A stretch of 63,878 nt of DNA, counting the filler, from Folioceros fuciformis (taxonomy: Eukaryota): NCBI GenBank assembly GCA_049999805.1. It is 4 parts of 4 records of this genome, joined end to end, with 100 filler letters (N's around TTAATTAATTAA, not from the genome) between each part and the next. Parts side by side here need not be neighbours in the genome. Positions count along the whole stretch, not along the records: positions 46,416 to 62,327 come from JBNGIO010006181.1; positions 62,428 to 63,878 come from JBNGIO010006240.1; 2 more parts are not named here. One strand, given 5' to 3'. The position numbers and the translations under genes are program-made. Within the stretch, counting starts at the first letter, position 1; each line of letters starts with the position of its first letter. The notes under the pieces are model-generated. The model was not told where the DNA came from, searched no databases, and saw only the letters and a list, made by a program, of their open reading frames with translations. Below are positions 51,593-63,878 of this stretch, piece after piece.

Positions 51593-53779
51593 ATGTGGGG
51601 GAGCAGGTATGGTACTTCTACCAGGCACCCGTTTAGACGTATTGTGGCCATATGAATCCCATGGTTGTTTTAGGCTTCCCCAAAATCGCTCCCCTTTGAG
51701 CCTAATCAGCTCCCTCCAACTACATTTATCGTCCACCTACGACATTCAACCTTCCCAATCGCGTACATACAACATGTCTAGTCAGTAGGAAGGCACCATT
51801 CCTTCATTTAGAAGGGCCCCAATGCTTCCTACCATTTCTACGTCTTACACTCAATATCCTTTCCTTACAATGCTCCCTACAACACCTTCCTCACCTTGGG
51901 TGTTGCCTCCAAAACCAATAAAGAGACCTTTGAGGAACAAAGTGCTGCAAAGGACAGTCATAAGTAGTTGGTAGTTTTATTCAAAGTATTCACTTTATAA
52001 ACACACACCTTTTGTCAAAAACATTTAACATAATCCACCAAAGTGGTCGTCGATCATCACTCACCCTCAACTGCATGATGCCACGGACTGCTCACGACAA
52101 ATCAGTGTGATGGTAATAATAACTGCCCATATATGAACTTGGAGAAACAATTGTCGGAAACACCCTTCTCGGTTTAGACACCAGCCATAGCCGTGACTAA
52201 GGCAAAACAGTCATGTGAAATCGTGACCGCGCACAAAGCTAAAAACATGAGCGCACACAACGCTTTGCTCCATGCCGAAGATTGGACACGCAGTCGAGCT
52301 GACTCTCTCAACTGCTGAACGTAAAACCAATAGCCGCGAATTTGAAATGCTCCGCCTAGCCACGCACGAAAACGGGGAGAGAAATGGGAGAGAAAGAAGG
52401 CAGCGCAGTGGAAACGGGGAAGGAAAAGATGGGGAGGGGAAAACGAGAAATAGGAGAGAGGAACATACACCGGCTGTGTATGCCGGTGACCGGTGAGGAG
52501 GGACATGGCATGGATGTCGGCATGGCTCCGTTGGGGCGCCTTGGGAAGCGCGAGACATTACTTTGTCCGTGTCATTAGCTCATGAAGTTTGTGTGGGTCA
52601 GAAAAAATCAGCCAGTGTTATGGTGGGACACTGACAATGTGGATGATGGCCCCAACATCATCTATTTCCATAGATACACGCTGGAACATCCATGAGCCTG
52701 CCCTACGGCTACGGTAGCTGGGATGGGGGCCAACAGCTGCGGGTGGAGCATTCTTTTGTTACTACGTTGAAGACATGAGCACGCCTTCAAGGCATTTCGT
52801 GGGCATGATTCGGGAACATTATTTTATCCTCACTTCCGTTGGATTACTNNNNNNNNNNGGCATGATTCGGGAACATTATTTTATCCTCACTTCCGTTGGA
52901 TTACTATGAAACACATCTGCCGACGTTCAAAACCGATGCATGGCCTGGCAGTGTGCAGTGAATAGCATCCAATGTCGCGGACTGGTAGCTGCCAGTGCAC
53001 GTGCATCTCCACTTCTCAACAAACCAGCTGTGCAGGATCTGATCCCATAGATGCTGCAGCTTGCAGCTCCACAATTTCGAAGGCCGCATACGATAACTGC
53101 AAAGAGTATTGTGAGTAATGTGCTGAATTGAGTGGAGAAAGCATTTATGTTATAAATCAAGTCCTCCATTGAGCACTTTGATTCTCCAGACCAAACTTAC
53201 TTTGGTTTGAAGAGGAAGGCTGTGGTCTAGTGTCAAGTAAACATGCCAGGCTTTATGATCACTTGTCGTAGATTAGAATGTGGTACTTAAGATAAGTAGA
53301 GAAGGGGTGGAACGTTGGAAATCCACCACTGAGTAAAGGGCTACGAGGTCACTCTATCCATCGTGGAGTGAAAAATGGACAAGATCAGGTCAACCGTGGA
53401 TAGGGACATGGAGACTATCAAATGTACTGCATCGAGCACCGACCTTCTAGTGCATTAAATGCAACATGTGTGACTAGTATAGTTCCCGGAGCTGCAGCCT
53501 GACAAGACATGGTGATTGGATCGGCAGCCATGAATGTTACCGGGAGGAGCAGGCTGAGTTGCATCCTCCAAGATGGATCGCAATATTCAAGCGGAGAGAA
53601 GATGTGTTGCTAGCCTGCCATTGATCCAATCAGGCTGACGCCATCTTGTAGACAATAGTCCCAAGAGATGCCACTGAGTTGACTGTGAAGTTTCCACTGC
53701 ACTATATGACTGCATCCTTTCCCAAAAATTCTTGTTTGCTAGATGTTGGCTTGACAGTGTCTCGAAATGACAGTGTTGG

Positions 53780-54752
53780 TTTGGGTTTGGGTTTGGTGTC
53801 TGAAAGGTTCATTCTCGCTTGATTAGTGGAAGACTATAGACGTATTTTGTTCCAACCACAAGGACACTGATATGGCATCATCCGGGGCTAGCTTCCATTC
53901 ACCAACTTCAACTTGTGTAAGTATGTTGAGAACATCATAGCTTTGCATATAATCATCTCTTACTAGCTCATATACCTTTGTCTGATTGTTGATTCGAGCA
54001 TATAATGCATCTTGATGCTGACGCATTATTTCATCAGCAGGAACTTTGCAATATAGGCAATGCTTAATCTAATCCTTCTTTTCTTGTGAAAGACATGTTG
54101 CTTTGACATCATAGGGTAAGCCTTTGTACCCAAGCCTAGGACATATAGCATTTGAAAGGTCAATATGCCTATGTTCGAAAAGACCAATCTCAGCAACCGT
54201 AGGCCACACGAGAAGTTTCTTCACCCTAAAATTTTCTTAGCAACCATGCTTGACACTCTCTCCACGGAGGACCTTACACTTAGCTGTATTAGCACCATGT
54301 GACACTCCCACCTCCTTTTGGCGAAAGTCTTCCAGGCCATAAGAACAATACTTGCAAGCCAGCCTCATAATGTTAATGCCTCCTTAAGTAATAAAAAAGT
54401 TTGCATACTTCAAACCTTCTTACCTAACATATGTTGCAACTATATGCACTGTCAGTACTATAGGGCGAGGTAAACTCCCTGGCCCCTTAGAATCCTTCTT
54501 GTAGAAGTTTGTAGGATGGGAACTTATAGCACTCATTCCCCCAATAAAGTCTCCCACTCTAGAAAAGAGTATGTGAGCCACCTTCACATGTTTTTGCTGC
54601 CTTGGTGCCCTAAAATGGTCATATAGAGAAGAAACCCAATTTAGGTCAACATGGTTAAATAACCCTAATTTAGGAAGCTGCAGCACAATAGGTGTGTTAG
54701 TTGGTAACTCTTCTAAATTAATACAAGAACTCAAATCTATATTATTATCCAT
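53780..54752 (-). pseudogene. N-terminal half of a MULE/SWIM-type transposase (At4g13970/At1g60560-like family), probable short intron near 54370-54425
   Basis: AHILFSRVGDFI, YCSYGLEDFR, KHGC..NFRVKKL..PTVA, EIMRQH, RDDYM, DDAISVSLW parallel that family (RVDDFV, WCSFGPDD, KRGC..HFIVKRL, RDDLL, DDVSISMW). Stops present. Confidence 0.7.
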
Positions 54753-54784
54753 AAATCAAATTCCCCTATCCCAAAGAGAAAAAG

Positions 54785-54835
54785 CCCTAACCCTAACCCT
54801 AATCTCAACCTTTAACCAAAATCCCTATCCCTAAT
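54785..54835. repeat. Short (CCCTAA)n telomere-like/telo-box tract upstream of the transposase start
   Basis: CCCTAACCCTAACCCTAA followed by degenerate units. Confidence 0.6.
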
Positions 54836-55588
54836 CACAAGAGCGCTTGAACATGCCACTCTAAACTCGCATCTCACACTATGCAAATGGCAGGAGTTCA
54901 CATACCATAAGCTTGTGAGCTAGGGTGCACTTGGAGCCTTAAACAAATATTATTAGTAACGTATAAGCGGGTAGGGACGAGGCTTTCTCATGTCCCGTGT
55001 TGGTGGTATGTAGCGCATGGGCTTCAAAACTTTTGGCCATCGGGTATCGGCTGAAGCTAAAGATAGCTTGGCTAGCCACAGTGCCCGTCACCTCCATGGC
55101 ATGGTGAGCCATGCCCCTCCCGCTCTCCATCTCTCCTGTCTCCTATACCTACGAAGTTCTCCCCTAAAATACATACGGCTACTTGTGTACCGATTTCCTC
55201 TCGCAAAACTGGGTTTCAGTTCTGAGCGAACTCAACGGGTTTGAGTTTTGAGCGACCTTAGCGGGTTTGAGTTTTGAGCCTGCCTCAGCGGAAATGTTCG
55301 AGACGAACGATGAGCAGGAGGATGAGAATCAGGTGGAGGTTGACGAGGAGTCCGGCTCTCCCAAGAGGCGGGGGCGGGGGTGGGAGAACAACAATGGCTG
55401 TGCCAAGGTATGGTTGCTGTAATTTCTGGAGTCTATGTGGGAGGATGTTTGGGGAATTGGGGGAAACACGTTCTCTTTCAGAGACCTCTTGCATGGTGCT
55501 GTGGCAGAGCCTGGGTTTGTGTAGTGAATTGGGCAGTGTTCCGTTGTAATCGTTCTTAGCTGAACAGTGCAACTAATACATTTGGTTC

Positions 55589-58500
55589 CTACCAAGGTTC
55601 CACTTCACGTGCTTCTTGTTCTTCTTGGGGGGTGAGAAAAAGGGTGCCACTCTCTTCATCATGTTGTCCCCCACGTGGCTTTGCAAGGAGAAGAGAGGTG
55701 GCTGCTTGCCACCTATGAGCTGCAGATCTTGTGCAATGACCTATTTCAAAGATAATAGAGTTTGTTCCAAGAGAATCGACGCATGGGATTGCAGCTTTAG
55801 GATACTGTTTGGTGAGGTTAGATATCTCGTTCATAATGGTCTTCACAGACCTCTTGCATGGCCTGCTGTCTTTTAGTGTGTGACCAGCCAAGCACGTCTC
55901 CCCTTTTTCAGCAATCTTAGAGCTTGTAACCTGCACTTGCTCAACAATATTCTCAAGCATCATGGTAGGGGCTTCTTGGCTCAATTGTTCTTCCGTCTCA
56001 TACATTGCAGAGCATATTGTTAATGTAGCAGATGTACATATACACTCAAGTGCTTAGAAAAGAGCACACTCTAAATTATGGATATAAAAAGTGTCTTATA
56101 TACAAAATCTGTTCAAGGGTCACGACTATTCATATAAACTAAATATTAGTAAACATCAGCTAACAGCTGGTCCGTTTATATGTAGGAACCCAAACGGGGC
56201 TCTACTCTAACATGCCCCCGTAAACAGGGCACGCTGGTTAGCACGGCGAGGCAACAACGATAGCAGGGTCACTAGCTCAGCGTCTCACGCTCTGCTCCTT
56301 TGTGATCGCAATCTACCTCTTGTACCAGCACTGGCGAGAAGAACAAAGAAGCAACAGGAGACGGAGAGCTCGCACAACAGCGGGCCAACCATCGAACAGC
56401 CACCCAGGAGGAAGAGAATTCACAACGGAGCAACGATGGCAATTCGCTAGCTAGGAGTGCCGGGTGCAAATCTGGCTATCTGTAAACAGGGTTGAAAACA
56501 CTCCGGCGCTCCGTCCTGAGGAGAGTGAGCTGCAGGCGCAGTTCAGATACGCTACTGCGAGCTCGCTACCACAGGATAGATAAGTGACATGACAGCTGCA
56601 GTATGCGATTGTGTTGGGCTTGAGGCTTCATCCACCATAGTTTGCAGCTGGGTATAGTGGCATAGGAATTAGGGCTGAGGATCGGTGCAGGCCTGTACAC
56701 CCATTGCTTCCACATGGTGATAGTGCTTGCTAGCGGGTAGATACTTTGTCAGAAGGTTTGCCATGTTTAAGTCTGTGGACACATACTGAATTTTCACTTG
56801 CTTCTGCTCCACATAGTGTCCGATGAAGTGGTGATGCACTTCGATATGTTTTGTACATGCGTGGAAGCGTGGGTTGGCAGTCATGGCTATTGTGGACATG
56901 TTGTCGCAGTAAACCAGAGTCGGTTGTGACTGCAGATAACCAAGACCTTCCAAGAAACATCGTTCCCATACAGCTTCCTTGGCACCCTCAGTCAAAGCTT
57001 TATATTCGGCCTCAGTTGATGACAAAGCAACGGAGGCTTGCTTCTTAGAGCTCCAGTGAATGGCAGCATGATTCAGAGTAAAACAATAGGCTAATATGCT
57101 TCTCCTGGCATCTGGGTCAATGGCCCAGTTTGCATCGGAGTATCCACACAAGGTAGGCTCTTTATCTCGCCCCCGGAAGCATAGGCCGTGTGTCATGGTG
57201 CCTTTCAGGTAGCGCAGCACTCATTTAACCGCACTCCAGTGGGCCAAGAACTGGGAGACAGAACTAACGGCGTATTGAATATCCAGCCGAGTCCAACAAT
57301 TGATGTAGTTCAAGCAACCCACAGCATGGCGATGAGGAACCCTAACCATGGCTTGACGCTCCTCAGCTGTTTGGGGGCACTGATTAAGGGAAAGCTTCAG
57401 GCCTGCAACACCAGGAGTAGAGACAGGCTTGGCAGCATCAAGGTGAAAACGATGCAAAGTCTCTGCCATATACTTGGTTTGGTGGAGCATAAGAGTGCCA
57501 GCGGCCATATTGCGGTCAAGTTGAATTCCAAGGACAAAGGTGAGTGCCCCTATATCCTTCATATCGAACTTTTGATGCAACCTAGCGGACTGCTTCAAAC
57601 CGTATATAGTCTTTTTGAGGTGACAAACCCAATCCGGATGCTCAGGATCAACGAAACCTTCTGGCTGCAACATATATATATCCTCTTCCAATTCACCATA
57701 GAGGAAGGCGGTACACACATCCATTTGCTGAAGGTCCCATGCATTGGCAGTAGCAAGAGCAAGGATCATGCGGATGGACTAAGTTTTCACAACAGGGCTG
57801 AAAGTTTCTGTGAAATCCAATCCGGGAACTTGGGTAAAACCCCGGGCAACAAGCCGAGACTTGTATCTGGCAATCTGGCCCGGAGCATTCAACTTATGTT
57901 TGAAGATCCATTTACAGCTAACGACCTTCCGACCCTTGGGCAGGGGACACAATTCCCATGTACCATTCTTTATCAAGGAATCATACTCGTCCTTGATGGA
58001 GGGGATCCAATGCTCCTTATTAGCTCCTGTGATGGCCTCTTGATACATCTTGGGTTCAGGCTTGAGAAAAGGAGGATTGGACGTAGAGGACTTAGGTGGA
58101 GGAATGGTAATCCCAGCTCGAGGATGTCTGAAATCTCGCTTCAGCCCAATATGCTTTGCTAAGCCCTGACCACTCTAACATGCTCCTTGTCATGCCCAAC
58201 AACGTCTGATTACGGCGTTCTGCTACATCGTTCTGCTGCTGGGTATAAGGCACAATAAGTTGGCGAACAACACCATTCTGGAGTAGAAAGTGGTTGAAGT
58301 GGACATGTGTGAATTCTGTGCCATTATCAGTGCGTAAACATTGAAGCAAGCATCCTGTCTGCCTCTGAACCATGACCAGCCACTCCTGAAAGACCTCAAA
58401 AGTATCTGACTTTAAGCGGAGGGGGTAAGTCCAGGAGTACCTACTAAAGTCATCAGTGATGGTAAGGAAATACAACGCACCACCAAGAGAGGGAATATGG

Positions 58501-61500
58501 ATCTTGCCTGAAATGTCTGCATGCACAAGTTCTAGTATCTATAATGCACGATGGGCAACTGACTTCGGAAAGGGAAGTTCTTTCTGTTTGGCTATAACAC
58601 ACGCATCACAGAGTGGTAAGTCTTTAAAGCATTTGGGTAGGGGCTCTCTATAGCAATTTAGGTTCGACATTTTTATCAACTTATCTCGATTGGCATGACC
58701 GAGTCTAGCATGCCATAGACTAGCCTGGGCAGACTGTGACGACTGGACAGCATGCATCGACTCAGGAGGTATGCAGGTGAGATCTAGCTGGTACAAATCA
58801 TGAACAAGATGTCTTCTGGCTACGACTTTATTATCCCCCCTCGCTTCCTAAGTGTGCAGCTCTGGGAAGTGAAGAGGAGGTCGTATTGACGCAAGGACAT
58901 CAACTGACTGACTGAAAGTAGGTGCTTGGCCATAAGCGGGACGTGCAGGACATTATCAAGATGAAGAACAGAGCCATCATGCAGTCTAAAATGACATGCG
59001 CCTGAACCAGCAATCTGAAGACCTGTATGTGTAAGCTCATCCCCCAACAAAACCTTATCTGACGTAAGTGAAGGTCTATAGTGACTGAGCAAGGTCCTGA
59101 CATTACAGATGTGGGAGGTTGCTCCAGAATCTAAGTACCAACTGCGGGGAGACGAGAGAACTGCAGAAGATGCAAAACAAACCGTCATCACAACAGGAGG
59201 TTTGTTTGCAGTGGAAGGCGCCTTGGCAACAGAATGGGCCTCAGCCTGCTTGGGCTTCTCGACCTTTCTGGCTTCAACATCCTTCTTTTTGCGACAATCT
59301 CTCTCCCAATGGCCCTGGATGCCACACCAGTTGCAGGATCCAGCCCGTTTGGAGGAAGCAGAACCGAATTGTCCCGCTCCAGAGGTCAGTTTTCCTTTAG
59401 TATTCTGTCCTTTCTGCCCTTTCGTATAAAGGATTTTATCTGTTTTAGTCGTACCACCATGATGTGTGGTCTAAAGCCGGCTTTGCTCCTCTTGCAGGAG
59501 AGCTCCAATCACGTCCACCAAACTGATATGAGGTGCCTTACCTGCAGCCACAGCCTTGTCTGTTGCACGGATAGAGGCACCAAAACCAGAAACAAAAGTT
59601 TGGTAGTTAGGGGGAAGACAAGTGAGGAGTTGAGCGATGACATCTAACTCCGGAAACTGAGAACCAAGATTCAAAAGTTGAGCCCTCAGTTGTCGAAAGG
59701 TCCAACCTTCTCGCCTTCTTTAAGCCTCATTGAGAACAACTCTCCACAGATTGCAAACTGGGTAAGGATGTTCTTAGCTTCGTATGTTTGCAGTAACTGA
59801 GTCCAAATCTCATTAGAGTCTTGAAGGTAAGCCACATCGGGCAGGAGTACGTCATCGAAGCCATTAATCAAGACTGCACGGACAACGTGATTCAGGTTCT
59901 CCCACTTTTCGATTTCATCCGCTGGAGCAGTTGAGGCTGGTTTAGGAAGCGTGCCACTAACAATGCCCCACACATGTCGGGCTTGTAGGGCAGCTGTCAT
60001 ACGCACACGCCATCCATGGAACTTGGAGCCATTGAACCGGTCACGCTCTTTAAATTCCATGGAGTAGGATGGCTGAGGTATCACTGGCACTGGTGGGAGA
60101 GGGGGATTACCTCCACCTCCACCACCTCCGCCACCACCGCCTCCTCCACCTCCGCTATCACCTCCTGAAGCCATTTTGACTTACTTTGATGAGATTATCA
60201 GGTGCTCACAGGTGATCAAGCCAATTGCACAAGGTACTCTTCTCAAAGTAAGTCGAAATGCCGAAGGGAAGTAGAGAGGAGGGGCGGAGGAGAAAGTGCG
60301 GCAAAGGTCGATGAAGAGCTGTAGGCGAAAGGTTAGATGTCACCAGACACCACGCTCTTCATCGATTGACAGTTGGGGATTGTGAATTGCTGACGTGGGG
60401 TGGCACAGCATGTCGCTTTGCAGGGTCGCGTCCCGTGAACGCCAGACACCTCCATCTTGAGGTGCCATCCTGGAAGACTCCTGAGGTCTTGTTACGTTGC
60501 GATTGCAGGGCACCTGATGCGTTTGCTCGACGCGAGAACGCCCCCATCGAGTCATTTTAACTTTAGAGTAGCATGTTCTGCTGCTTCACAGCAGCCAGAT
60601 CCACATAGTGGAAGTCTTTCATTTATGTTGTGTCATTAACTGTCATGCAGTTTTAGCAAAAAGGGTAGTGTGAAGGAATTTTTAGACACATGATCCAGGA
60701 GCTACAAATTTGTGACTAATGAATTTTGTGTCCTACAATCCCTTTAGACTACATGCACCTACAGCATCAGATGGGATTTCTAGTAGACAAAAATTAGACA
60801 CACATATCAAAGCTCATGGCTCTGATACCATGTTAATGTAGCAGATGTACATATACACTCAAGTGCTTAGAAAAGAGCACACTCTAAATTATGGATATAA
60901 AAAGTGTCTTATATACAAAACCTGTTCAAGGGTCATGACTATTCATATAAACTAAATATTAGTAAACATCAGCTAATAGCTGGTCCGTTTATATGTAGGA
61001 ACCCTAATGGGGCTCTACTCTAACATATATGTTTAGTGCAGTATCTGGCTCCTGTATGATAATTCCGTTTGTTGCCACATATTGTCGGTTCATGGTAGAT
61101 GTAGTTGAAAATACTCCCATTAATTGTTGAACCTTGACAACATGTTTGCAAAGGAATCCTTCTTGACCTTGAGGACATGTGCAAGTTGCCCACATGCTTC
61201 CTGGATTGGCAATGTGATAAGACTTGAGTGCATTTGTACATGAGACACAATAAGCGGCATCATAGGGACCCAAAGGCAATGTAACTTGAGAATCTAAAAT
61301 TCCCGCTGCATGGTCTACAACATGTGTGTGCATGAGCTCCTGCTTTTTGTTTACAACGTACCCGCCTTCTTTGCAATGATTGCGATACCAAAAATGATTT
61401 GCCACCACAAAGCACAATTGGTGAAGTAACCAATCAATTCTTTGACTTGTAAGGATCAACTTTGAAGAAGCTAACCGTTCCTTCAAAAACCTATGCCATG

Positions 61501-62327
61501 CCTCCACCGCATATGTGCAATCTTGACGAGCGTGTGGAAGTTGCCTTGCACATTTAATGAACATATATGAAAGAAGGTTGTTTGCTCAATGGCGATTTCA
61601 AAATGCACCAAAGCCAAAGAAACAAGACGTATGGCACAAAACATACCAAGTTGTCCGCCCTACTGAGACTGAAAGTATGCCACATAAGCAGTTTGCTTGC
61701 TCCCCCATTTTGTGTAGAACGCTTCAAGCAAGCGTTGGGCATCTCCAACTATCTTAGCCACTGATTCGACACGATCGACACACATAAGTTGACCCAATTC
61801 TATCCAAATAGCNNNNNNNNNNNNNNNNNNNNNNNNNNNNNNNNNNNNNNNNNNNNNNNNNNNNNNNNNNNNNNNNNNNNNNNNNNNNNNNNNNNNNNNN
61901 NNNNNNNNNNNNCATCCATCCACCTCACAAGAGCTTCTGTGGTTGCTTCCTTGGTAAGTCCCCAAGCCACTGGTATACCATTAAAATGGTCATCAAAAGC
62001 AACCACTGTAAACATTTGATACCTGTATTTGTTGACCCCAAAAGTTGAGTCCATAGCCAAGCAGCTATTATGTCCGTGCTTCACACAAGCACCCAACATG
62101 AACGGTGTTTGGAAGCCAAGACAAAAAGGTTCTCCCTCCAGTGACTTGTAGAACACCAACCTTGCATTCACTTGCACCCACATATGTACACTAATATTAT
62201 CATCAGCGTCATATTTCCAAACATGCTTCTCTATGGTTGTAGCTACATGTGCAATGTCTTTATGCGTTAGAAAGTAATCCCTCACCTTGACATAGGTGGT
62301 TGAAGGTGCAAAGGTGGGTGGGTAGCA
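55589..62327 (-). mobile_element. Second MULE/SWIM transposase copy (61026-62327 plus C-terminal part 55589-56017), interrupted by a copia insertion
   Basis: DDNISVHMW, PFCLGFQT, LAMDSTFGVNKYRY, FDDHFNGIPVAW, VEAWHRFLK, RIDWLLHQL and SWIM finger CTCPQGQEGFLCKH. Confidence 0.85.
56018..61025 (-). mobile_element. Near full-length Ty1/copia LTR retrotransposon, decayed
   Basis: 195-bp LTRs 56018-56212 and 60831-61025 (5 differences by manual count); TSD CATAT/TATAT; PBS rc(GGCTCTGATACCA). Domains in copia order: gag, knuckle, WYLDSGATSH, WHARLGH, LRTDNGTEF, RT (YKSRLVARGF), RNase H (GYSDANWA, SSTEAEY). Confidence 0.96.
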
Positions 62328-62427
62328 NNNNNNNNNNNNNNNNNNNNNNNNNNNNNNNNNNNNNNNNNNNNTTAATTAATTAANNNNNNNNNNNNNNNNN
62401 NNNNNNNNNNNNNNNNNNNNNNNNNNN
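62328..62427. other. Artificial scaffold-join linker N44-TTAATTAATTAA-N44
   Basis: Same linker as at 25000. Confidence 0.9.
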
Positions 62428-62619
62428 CAACGGGTGGGAGCGCAACAGCGGGGCAACACAGGCAGGAGCGAAGATGGTTGGCCAGGAACACGCGCAGCAG
62501 CAGCAGCTGAACCCGCGGAAGATAGCCACAACACCTAGGGAAAGATGGCGTGTGAGGAAGACACCTCGCAGCTGAAGTTGGGAGATGGCACCCAGGAGCA
62601 GTCCCCTGCGCCGAGAGTT

Positions 62620-63690
62620 GAGACGGCCTTCTGGTCGAACATGGAGCATTGAGAGCCAGGGCCGGGGGACATGTGGAGGAGTTGGGCCTAGGGTTCATGA
62701 CCTAGCGCTGGAATCATGCAGCTCCAAGCTTGGTGCATGAGTGCGCCCAGCGACTGAGGAGCCCGCAAAGAGAAGAGGGGATCCGAGGAAACCGACAGGA
62801 GTGGAACTTGGACCTAGCAAGGAGAGTGTATGGGCGCAGCATGGAAGAGGAAGTTGGACTTATCCTCGAGTTGCTGAAGAAAAGAAGCATGGTGACCGCG
62901 GCACAGGCGCTGTTCAAAACAGGGATCGTGAGGGAAGCCAACCAGTGGCTGGCCAAGGATCTGGTGACGGCCCAGTTCATGGGGCTGGTGAGGTGGCTTC
63001 TCTGCTTCGTGCAGATCCGGAAGCAAGAATACCTCTCTAACCAACTGTTGTTATTCGTGCATGAGGTGGTCAAGGGTAGCCGGGTAGATTGGGGCAGGAT
63101 CTTGTATGACAAGATGAGTGAAGAGAGGTAGAACCTTGCCTCATACTCACCCGACCATCCCTGATTTCTCCATTCCTTGTTCATTTTTATTGCCATGCTA
63201 ATCTCCTGACAGAGATGGAAGTGATCGCCTCATTGCACATGTGGAAGCTCCTCAAGGAGATCAAATGGAAGCCTGTGGAGCCCAAGGAGGTGGACTCTAG
63301 TAGCTGGGAAGTGGAGGCGACAGAGAGCTCAAAGGAGGAGGCCCCGTCCAGCGCGAAAAGGATTCCAAGGACAGGACGGAGAACCCCTGCCAAGCGGAGG
63401 AGAGCTGTCGGCCAGGTCATCAGGAGGAGTACACGACCCCGACAGAGGTGGAGGCCGAGTTAGGGCCGGCCCAAGTGCAGGAACCCGAGCTGGGAGGGGA
63501 TTTTTAGGAATGGGCCTTTGACAGCCAGGCTGCAAGTGGAGAACCTAGTGAGACTGCAGGAGTTGCTGGGGCAGAAGGTCATCGGGAAGAGGATGCCTTC
63601 GGAGGATGAATCGCAGCAAGTGGACCTGTTGGGCCTAACCATGGCGATGGTTCAAGCCCAGGCAGAGTTGCTAGATGTAGAGGAAAAAAA
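62620..63690 (+). pseudogene. Second, diverged copy of the retroelement-associated ORF at 22730-24912
   Basis: EELGLGFM, LVHECAQRLR, RKQEYLSNQLLLFVHEVVKGSRVDWGRILYDKM, ISPFLVHFY, IASLHMWK, QQVDL.GLT.A.VQAQ, in the same order as the first copy. Confidence 0.65.
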
Positions 63691-63878
63691 TATTCGCGAA
63701 CCCCTTTTTGAGTGACAGATTTGGTGGATTTTGATTTTTTTTTGTGGAAGTGCGAGTGAAACGACCTAGGTTGAGAATAAGACTTGGGTATTTATACCCA
63801 AAGTCTTCTTAGACCATGGTACTTTGGGCGAATTGGTGGCCAGACCAAGTGTCTAGGGGTGGCTGGACGTCCTTGGCC

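Noticed and set aside
57188..58162. 324-aa plus-strand ORF
   Set aside because: Antisense shadow of the copia reverse transcriptase.

Overview
Eukaryotic, most likely non-seed land-plant DNA (inference). The window is probably four separate scaffolds joined by artificial N44-TTAATTAATTAA-N44 linkers (25000-25099, 46316-46415, 62328-62427). Positions 1-~11960 are GC/CpG-rich, dense in microsatellites and contain no recognisable protein gene or TE. The only intact host gene I can support is an intronless STAY-GREEN (SGR, Mg-dechelatase) at 16327-17244 (-). The rest is mostly decayed transposons: at least six Ty1/copia elements or fragments, two solo-LTR-like inserts, an Athila-like Ty3 gag fragment with a tRNA-Asp-type PBS, two copies of a large unassigned retroelement-associated ORF, two copies of a MULE/SWIM transposase of the At4g13970/At1g60560 type, a CACTA DUF4216 fragment and a possible LINE remnant. 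There is also a chimeric pseudogene: a GCP3 fragment, a GC-rich hairpin insert, and an intron-containing actinobacterial-like catechol O-methyltransferase. Best leads: a four-copy three-way-junction RNA motif with apparent covariation next to the Athila-like LTR; a possibly conserved helical ORF upstream of gag in three copia elements; and the bacterial-type COMT. All family assignments come from recalled motifs; no database search was run.
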